A stretch of DNA of 64,000 nucleotides, from positions 4,096,001 to 4,160,000 of the forward strand of contig OZ242374.1 in the NCBI GenBank assembly GCA_965209055.1. Direction: 5' to 3'. The translations under genes and the position numbers were made by a program. This document shows, in pieces, positions 57,766-64,000 of the stretch. Within the stretch, counting starts at the first letter, position 1, and each line of letters begins with the position of its first letter. The notes under the pieces are model-generated. The model was given only the letters and a program-made list of their open reading frames with translations. It made no database searches and was not told the origin of the DNA. Origin of the DNA: Acidobacteriota bacterium. Lineage in GTDB: Bacteria > Acidobacteriota > UBA6911 > RPQK01 > JAJDTT01.

Positions 57766-59052
57766 ATGGCAGAAACCGAAATGACCGCTGCAGCCACTGC
57801 GAGTATCTCGGCTGCGGATACGGCATGGTTGCTGGTTTCTTGTGCTCTGGTCCTCCTCATGACTCCGGGACTCGCCTTCTTCTACGGCGGACTCGTCCGG
57901 TCCAAGAACATCCTCAACACCATGATGATGAGCTTTGCCTCCCTGGGCGTGACCGCGCTGGTCTGGGTCCTGGCCGGTTACAGCCTGGCTTTCGCCCCCG
58001 CCAGCGAAGGCATGCAACCCTGGTTGGGCGGCTTGGGACATCTCTTTTTCCAGGGCGTGAACCTGGAAGCCAACGGCAGCATTCCACACCTCCTCTTCGC
58101 GGCGTATCAAGGAGCTTTCGCCATCATTACGGCGGCGCTCATTTCCGGAGCCGTGGTCGAGCGGATCCGCTTCGGGCCTTATCTGGCCTTCATCGCCGGC
58201 TGGGTGCTGCTCGTGTACGGCCCGGTCTGCCATTGGGTCTGGGGCGGCGGATGGTTGGGCGAGATGGGTGCCCTGGACTTTGCGGGAGGCACGGTGGTCC
58301 ACGTCACGGCGGGAACGGCGGCCGTCGTCGCCGCCTGGCAGGTGGGACCCCGGAGCGACTACGGGCGGCAGGCGATCATTCCCCACAACGTGCCGTTCGT
58401 TCTCCTGGGCGCCGGACTGCTCTGGTTCGGCTGGTTCGGCTTCAATGGCGGCAGCGCTCTGGCGGCCGACGGTACGGCGTCTCTGGCTTTCGTCAACACC
58501 CTGCTGGCCCCAGCCGCCGCGTTGACCGTCTGGATGATTCTGGATGCCGTCCGGGACCGGATGGCGACGGCAGTGGGAGCCGCCACCGGTATCGTCGTCG
58601 GGCTCGTGGCCGTGACCCCGGCGGCAGGTTTCGTCAGTCCCATGGGAGCCATTGCCATCGGCGCCATCGCCACGTTCCCCTGCTATTACGCGATTCTCTT
58701 TCGATCCCGATCCGGATTGGATGATTCCCTGGACGTGGCGGCCGCCCACGGAATGGGTGGATTGAGCGGTGCGGTGCTGACCGGAGTCTTCGCTCACGCG
58801 GCCTGGGGTGGATCCGATGGCCTGTTGAACGGAAACGCGATGCAGGTCGTGATCCAGGCTGTGGGCGTCCTCGCCACCATCGTCTATTGCGGCGTCGTCA
58901 CCTGGGTGCTTCTGAAGGTCATTTCACTGTTTGGGACCCTGAGGCCGGCTCAAGTGGATGAAAGGACCGGCTTGGATATCCTGGAGCATGGCGAAGACGC
59001 GTATGGCCGTGGTGAAGGCACGACCATGATTCCGCCCGGTTCCGCAGTCTGA
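57766..59052 (+). CDS. amtB: Ammonium transporter
   Basis: MTPGLAFFYGG, DFAGGTVVH, WFGWFGFNGGS, DDSLDVAAAHG, EHGEDAY. Confidence 0.96.
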   Translation: MAETEMTAAATASISAADTAWLLVSCALVLLMTPGLAFFYGGLVRSKNILNTMMMSFASLGVTALVWVLAGYSLAFAPASEGMQPWLGGLGHLFFQGVNLEANGSIPHLLFAAYQGAFAIITAALISGAVVERIRFGPYLAFIAGWVLLVYGPVCHWVWGGGWLGEMGALDFAGGTVVHVTAGTAAVVAAWQVGPRSDYGRQAIIPHNVPFVLLGAGLLWFGWFGFNGGSALAADGTASLAFVNTLLAPAAALTVWMILDAVRDRMATAVGAATGIVVGLVAVTPAAGFVSPMGAIAIGAIATFPCYYAILFRSRSGLDDSLDVAAAHGMGGLSGAVLTGVFAHAAWGGSDGLLNGNAMQVVIQAVGVLATIVYCGVVTWVLLKVISLFGTLRPAQVDERTGLDILEHGEDAYGRGEGTTMIPPGSAV

Positions 59053-59216
59053 CCGCCTTCACGCCTCCACTCTCTCCCGTCCGGGAGGTTGAATTCAGGT
59101 CATCGAAGCTGTGGGCTCCTTCGGGTGGACAGTCGGCTGCGCCTGTCCAATTCCCGGGGCCCGCAATTCATCGATTTCGGGCAGCCAACTGAACCCTGAC
59201 GCGGAAGCGATCCAAG

Positions 59217-60206
59217 ATGGGACCCTACACCCACCAGATCGATCCGATCCTCTTCGACGTCGGCGGAGTGCACCTGTGGTGGTACGGACTCGGCTTCGCC
59301 CTCGGGTTCCTGCATCTGCACCTCTCGGTCCGGCGGTCCAAGCGGCAGTTGGGGTTGTCGGACCGGGAGGTCTGGAGCCTGAGCCTGTTCATCGTCATCG
59401 GGGTTCTGGCCGGAGGCCGCGCCGTAGAGATCGCTTTCGATGAATGGCCCTTCTACAGCCGGAATCCAGGTTTGATCCCGGCCTTCTGGCTTGGCGGCAT
59501 GGCCACCCACGGCGTCATGTCGGGCGCCGGACTCAGCCTGCTGCTCTTTGCGCGCCTGTACCGGAAACCGTTCCTGCCCCTTGCCGACACGCTGGTGATA
59601 CCTGCGGCGTTTCTCATGGGTACTGCGCGGATCGGGAACTTCATCGACGGCCAGATCGTCGGCAGCGTCACCGATGCCTGGTGGGGCGTAAAGTTCCCCG
59701 ACGCGGAGGGTTTTCGCCATCCGGTCGTCCTCTACGACGGGGCCAAGAATCTGCTGTTGATGGGGTACCTGCTCCGGGTCGGACGGACCAACAGGACCCC
59801 CGGCGCCGTCGCGGCCCGCTTCGTCTTCTGGTATGCGCTTCCCCGGTTCGTCATCGATATCTTCCGCGACTATCCGACCCACCGTCTCCCCATCGGGACG
59901 GGTCAGACCCTGAACATCCTGATGGTCCTGCTGGGGGCGATCCTGCTCTATCGCTCCCGTCTGCGGAGGCAGGGACGTCTCCGGAGTGATCCGGGACCCG
60001 CCCCCCGGGCCGCGGCCCCGAAGCGGCCTCTGGCCGCCCAGCGAGTCGTCTTCGCCTGCCTGTTGCTGTTCTGCCTGACCATCCCCAGCAACTGGACCCA
60101 GGATGTGCCTTCCCGCTACGGCAAGCGTCACCCGGGGCTGACCCACTCGTGGCTGTATCCCAGGATAGATACCGATCCGCCTACCGAAACGGCGCGGCCC
60201 CGGTGA
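59217..60206 (+). CDS. lgt: Divergent prolipoprotein diacylglyceryl transferase with C-terminal extension
   Basis: IDPILF..WYGL, GGMATHG, RIGNFIDG, RHPVVLY, RFVIDIFR, GQTL. Confidence 0.85.
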   Translation: MGPYTHQIDPILFDVGGVHLWWYGLGFALGFLHLHLSVRRSKRQLGLSDREVWSLSLFIVIGVLAGGRAVEIAFDEWPFYSRNPGLIPAFWLGGMATHGVMSGAGLSLLLFARLYRKPFLPLADTLVIPAAFLMGTARIGNFIDGQIVGSVTDAWWGVKFPDAEGFRHPVVLYDGAKNLLLMGYLLRVGRTNRTPGAVAARFVFWYALPRFVIDIFRDYPTHRLPIGTGQTLNILMVLLGAILLYRSRLRRQGRLRSDPGPAPRAAAPKRPLAAQRVVFACLLLFCLTIPSNWTQDVPSRYGKRHPGLTHSWLYPRIDTDPPTETARPR

Positions 60207-60370
60207 GGGCGGGGGGTCCGTTCCATTCGAGCGCGACGTCCGCTTCACCCCACTCCCCAGTCTGGATCATTCAACGAGAACCCTGTAATTTGAACTCAGG
60301 CATAGCGAAGGCGGCGCCGCTCGATGCGAGTCGATACCGGCCGGTCTCGCGTCGGCGGCTGGATCATCCT

Positions 60371-61045
60371 ATGAAGCTGCTGCTCACAACCGCCAGGAAT
60401 CGGCTTGTCCAACATCTGTGCCAGGCTCTGGCCGTGCGGCACCGGGTCGTTCTCACCGACACTCTGCCGGTCAGGAGCCGTCACCCTTTCGTTCCCTGCA
60501 ATCTGAACCACGATACCGAAACACGGCGGTTGGTCGAGGGAATGGAAGCCATCATCTGGACCGGCTGGACCGACCCTGCAGAGGATGTCTCCATTCGCCT
60601 GGATCGACAGACGCGCTGCCTGTACAACCTGCTTCGGGCGGCGTCGGAGGCCGGTGTTCCCCGCGTGGTTCAATTGAGTTCCCTCGAAATCATGGACCGG
60701 TATCCCGCCGATCTCCGGGTCACCGAGAGATGGTTGCCCAGGCCGGACGAAGAACCGCCGACTCTCGCCTACCGCCTGGGAGAGATCGTGTGCCGCGAGT
60801 TCGCGAGGGAGGGAAAACTCCAGGCCGTCTGTCTCAGGCTGGGGTCGATCCTGTGGGACACGGAGCATTCCTGCCCCGACGGGGTCACCGTCCAGGACAC
60901 GGTCGAGGCGGTCAGACGGTCGCTGACGGCGGAGTTGCCTGGATATTCGGTGTTCCACATCCAGTCCGGACTTCCCGGACAGCGATACGGTACGGAACGG
61001 GCACAACGGATCCTGGGCTTCAAGTCAACCTGGAGGCCGGCGTGA
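60371..61045 (+). CDS. NAD-dependent epimerase/dehydratase-fold protein with degenerate motifs
   Basis: LYNLLRAA..GVPRVVQLSS, VCLRLG; lacks GxxGxxG and YxxxK. Confidence 0.75.
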   Translation: MKLLLTTARNRLVQHLCQALAVRHRVVLTDTLPVRSRHPFVPCNLNHDTETRRLVEGMEAIIWTGWTDPAEDVSIRLDRQTRCLYNLLRAASEAGVPRVVQLSSLEIMDRYPADLRVTERWLPRPDEEPPTLAYRLGEIVCREFAREGKLQAVCLRLGSILWDTEHSCPDGVTVQDTVEAVRRSLTAELPGYSVFHIQSGLPGQRYGTERAQRILGFKSTWRPA

Positions 61046-61770
61046 AGGTCCTGATTCTGGGCGCCGCCGGATACCTGGGCCCCCACGTGGTCCGGGCGCT
61101 GGAGGGCCGGCACGAGCTGCGGCTGACCGACGTCAAGGAGTCCGCCGAAGGGCCCCACGAGTACCGGCGGGTCGACGTCGCCGAGTCGGACCAGGTGGCG
61201 GACGCCGCGGAGGGGATGGACGCCATCATCAACCTGTCCGTGCTGCGGCATGACCGGCGCCTGGCTTTCGACGTCAACACCCGGGGCGCCTACAATGCGT
61301 TGGCGGCGGCCTGCAGGCACGGGATCCGACGGTTCATCCAGACCGGTCCCTTCTATGCCGTCACGGGACCCGCCACCTGCGAACCCTATGACTTCGCCAT
61401 GCATCCGGACGTCACGCCCCGGCCGGGAACTCACCTGTATGCCCTGACCAAGGGACTGGCCGAGGAGGTCTGCCGGATCTTCACTCGCAATCAGGATCTC
61501 TATGTCACCTCCTTCCTCTTCTACCACTTCCGGGACACTCGGCCGCGCCCGGACGACGAGCCCACGTTCGTTCCGTTCACCGTCACCTGGAAGGACGCCG
61601 CGGCCCTGTTTCCCTTGGCCCTGGACGTTCCATTGGAACAGTTGCCGTCGCGGTACGAAGCCTACTTCGTCTCTGCCGATTTTCCTCACGGCCAGTTTTC
61701 CAACGAGAAGGTCAAGCGAGTCTTTGGCTGGCGGCCGACCTTCGGTTTCGAGGACTTTTGGAAACGGTGA
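61042..61770 (+). CDS. NAD-dependent epimerase/dehydratase (uronate-dehydrogenase-like)
   Basis: GAAGYLG, VNTRGAYN, YALTK; GTG start overlaps the upstream stop. Confidence 0.85.
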   Translation: MKVLILGAAGYLGPHVVRALEGRHELRLTDVKESAEGPHEYRRVDVAESDQVADAAEGMDAIINLSVLRHDRRLAFDVNTRGAYNALAAACRHGIRRFIQTGPFYAVTGPATCEPYDFAMHPDVTPRPGTHLYALTKGLAEEVCRIFTRNQDLYVTSFLFYHFRDTRPRPDDEPTFVPFTVTWKDAAALFPLALDVPLEQLPSRYEAYFVSADFPHGQFSNEKVKRVFGWRPTFGFEDFWKR

Positions 61771-61853
61771 CGTCCCCAGAGGATGGATACTGGTAGTGTG
61801 GGTTGGATGAGGCGCCAAGCGAGCCGCGCAACTTCCGGATGGAGGACATCCGC

Positions 61854-62639
61854 GTGAAGCTCCGATTGCCATCGGCACGGCTGGCGGGGAAGCGGGCGTT
61901 GGTCACCGGCGCCGCCGCCGGTCTCGGAGAGGCCATCGCCCGCCGGTTCGCCGCGGAGGGGGCGCGGGTCGCCGTCGTGGATATCCAGGAGCGGGCTTCG
62001 CACCGGGTCGTCGAATCGATTCGCCAAGAGGGCGGGGAAGCTCACGTCGTGGCGGGTGACGTGGGTTCGTCGCTCCAGGTGGAACGCATCGTTTCCACGG
62101 CCTGCTCTCTGTTGGAGGGCATCGACATCCTGGTCAACAATGCCGGAGTCATCCCGTCCCGGGAAACCGTGCTCGACACCCGGGAGGAGGACTGGGACAA
62201 GACCCTCCGCGTCAATGCCAAAGGCGTCTTCCTCATGAGCCGGGCCGTGATCCCCGGAATGATCCGCCAGGGTGGGGGCGCCATCGTCAACATGTCTTCG
62301 GTGGCCGGACTGGTCGGGTTGCCGATCCGGCCGGCCTACGGAGCCTCCAAGGGAGCCGTGTCCGTCCTGACCCGGCAAATGGCCGTCGATTTCGGCGAGC
62401 ACAACATCCGGGTCAATGCCATCAATCCCTCCTTCGTGATCACCGACATCAACCGGGAGATGTTTCGCCGTCTCAAGCAGGACCCGGACGCGTGGACCGA
62501 AATGATTCGCAACCATCCGCTGGGACGGCTGGGTGAGCCGGAAGACGTCGCCGCCGCCGCCGTCTACCTCGCTTCCGACGAAGCACGATGGGTCACCGGC
62601 GTCCTGCTCCCGGTGGACGGGGGGTTCACCGCGCGCTGA
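61854..62639 (+). CDS. Classical short-chain dehydrogenase/reductase
   Basis: TGAAAGLG, NNAG, YGASK, VNAINP, VDGG; GGAGG SD before GTG 61854. Confidence 0.93.
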   Translation: MKLRLPSARLAGKRALVTGAAAGLGEAIARRFAAEGARVAVVDIQERASHRVVESIRQEGGEAHVVAGDVGSSLQVERIVSTACSLLEGIDILVNNAGVIPSRETVLDTREEDWDKTLRVNAKGVFLMSRAVIPGMIRQGGGAIVNMSSVAGLVGLPIRPAYGASKGAVSVLTRQMAVDFGEHNIRVNAINPSFVITDINREMFRRLKQDPDAWTEMIRNHPLGRLGEPEDVAAAAVYLASDEARWVTGVLLPVDGGFTAR

Positions 62640-62676
62640 CCCTGAACCATTCAGGCGCCAATGAGGAGAAGCACCA

Positions 62677-63702
62677 ATGCAAGTCGTCGATGTGGAAAGG
62701 AAGCTGGAGAGCTACCGGCGTTCCTGCCGTAGGGGCACCGATTGGATGTTGGAACGCATCAATCCGGATGGGTCCCTGGGGAACGTCACGGAGCGGAACT
62801 ACTACTATCGCGTCCCCTGGGCCTTCGCCCTCATGGGTGAAACGGAAGCGGGCCACCGGTTGCTGGATTGGGCCGATCGCAACCGGATCACACCCGAAGG
62901 CGCCTTGGACGAGAGCGCCACCACGGCCGGACCGCAGCTCCGCTACGGCTCCTACCCTCTGGCGTGTCTGATCTACGGCGCCAGCCTGTTGGGCCGATTG
63001 GACCTGGTCCGGCGTTGCACCCGGAGTCTCCTCACCTGGCAGGACCCGGAGACCGGGGGCTTCTACGCCAACTCGCAGGAGGGCGTCGAAGGGGACCAGG
63101 AGCTGTTCCCCACGGCCCAGGCCGCCATGACTCTCTCCCTCGTAGGCCGCGTTCCCGAAGCGGTCCGGGCCGGTCGTTGGCTAGAGCGGGTCTGGGAACT
63201 GCAGCCCGATCCCGAGCACTGTCTCTACGCCGTCTACAGGCGTTCCCAGGGACTGGTTCGCGACTACGATCCCCAGGAGGCGGCGTTTTACGTCACCCTC
63301 AAGGACGAGCCCTGGCAACATCACTTCAACGGCGGAATCGCTGCCGCAGGGCTGCTCCACATCCACGAGGCCACGGGGGAGGACCGCTGGCTGCAGTTGG
63401 CCCGGCATTACGAACGATTCTCCATGAGCACGGACGACATCCAGTTCCGGTCCAAGCAGGTGTGCAAGTCAAGCTGGGGTTCAGGCCTGTTGTACGTGGC
63501 GACCCGGGAGGAAGCGTACCGGGCCTGGACCCGGCGCATGGGAGACTGGTTCGTGGAGCACCAGTTCGAGGACGGTCACTGGGAGAACACCAGGTTTTGG
63601 ACTCCGAAGCCGACGCTGGGCGACAAGATCCTGATCACGGCCGAGTTCGTCATGCATCTGGCCAATATCATCGCCTACCTCTCGGTCAGTCCCGAGCCGT
63701 GA
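62677..63702 (+). CDS. Hypothetical alpha/alpha-barrel protein with prenyltransferase/cyclase-like repeats
   Basis: INPDGSL, QDPETGGF, QFEDGHW repeats; EATGEDRWL; AGGAG SD. Confidence 0.65.
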   Translation: MQVVDVERKLESYRRSCRRGTDWMLERINPDGSLGNVTERNYYYRVPWAFALMGETEAGHRLLDWADRNRITPEGALDESATTAGPQLRYGSYPLACLIYGASLLGRLDLVRRCTRSLLTWQDPETGGFYANSQEGVEGDQELFPTAQAAMTLSLVGRVPEAVRAGRWLERVWELQPDPEHCLYAVYRRSQGLVRDYDPQEAAFYVTLKDEPWQHHFNGGIAAAGLLHIHEATGEDRWLQLARHYERFSMSTDDIQFRSKQVCKSSWGSGLLYVATREEAYRAWTRRMGDWFVEHQFEDGHWENTRFWTPKPTLGDKILITAEFVMHLANIIAYLSVSPEP

Positions 63703-63731
63703 CAACGGCATTGCCTGTGCCTTTTGCGTGG

Positions 63732-64000
63732 TCACGGATTCCGAAACTGAAAGCCGTAGAGGTCCAGGTCGCGCAGCTCGAAATGGAGCCGGACCGGACT
63801 TCCGGCGAGCGAACCGAGGTCCGATGTTCCGTTCCAGGAAACCCGCCGCTCGATCCGGTTGGTGGTATGGATCCGGTCGCAGTCCTGCAGGGAATAGCCG
63901 TCCAGGGGCCTGAAATCCGAATCGAGAACCGCCACGCGGGCGATGCCGCCGGCAGACGTGTTCACGTTCAGGACCAGCTCGCTGCCGCGGAAACTCAGTA
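63732..64000 (-). CDS. Partial (C-terminus) glycosidase-like protein, paralogous to 11833..13416
   Basis: LSFRGSELVLNVNTSAGGIARVAVLD...PVRLHFELRDLDLYGFQF matches LVFQGARLEINAATGAGGGIRIAILD...PVRLRFQMVDADLYSLKF. Confidence 0.8.
   Translation of the reverse strand, partial: LSFRGSELVLNVNTSAGGIARVAVLDSDFRPLDGYSLQDCDRIHTTNRIERRVSWNGTSDLGSLAGSPVRLHFELRDLDLYGFQFRNP

Overview
High-GC (roughly 64%, estimated by eye), gene-dense bacterial chromosomal window. Gene order and protein architecture (long LptC/LptA-type fusion, lnt-prfB, clpC-bamA-skp-lpxD-fabZ-lpxA-lpxI) suggest Acidobacteriota; this is inference, not a database result. About 1-16.3 kb is accessory: transporters, a CehA/McbA-type metallohydrolase, an aldolase, glycoside-hydrolase-like proteins, and an ECF sigma with an anti-sigma/VWA partner. 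It also holds a 9 x 43-bp palindromic REP-like tandem array. About 16.3-55.2 kb is housekeeping: Moco genes, nfeD-stomatin, lnt, frameshifted prfB, recJ, lpt-rpoN-regulatory PTS, ribH-nusB-lysS-lolCD-clpC, bamA/lipid A genes, miaA, gatB and tRNA-Leu(CAG). About 55.3-64 kb is accessory again: Tat-exported sugar enzymes, an orphan amtB, a divergent lgt, and an epimerase/SDR cluster. I found no transposase, integrase, phage gene, cas gene or true CRISPR array, and no clearly novel multi-gene system is demonstrated. The best leads are the REP-like array, a MoaD with a masked di-glycine, a degenerate/intact epimerase pair, a divergent Lgt, a double palindromic operator, a sigma54-like site before clpC, and repeated leaderless-type promoters.
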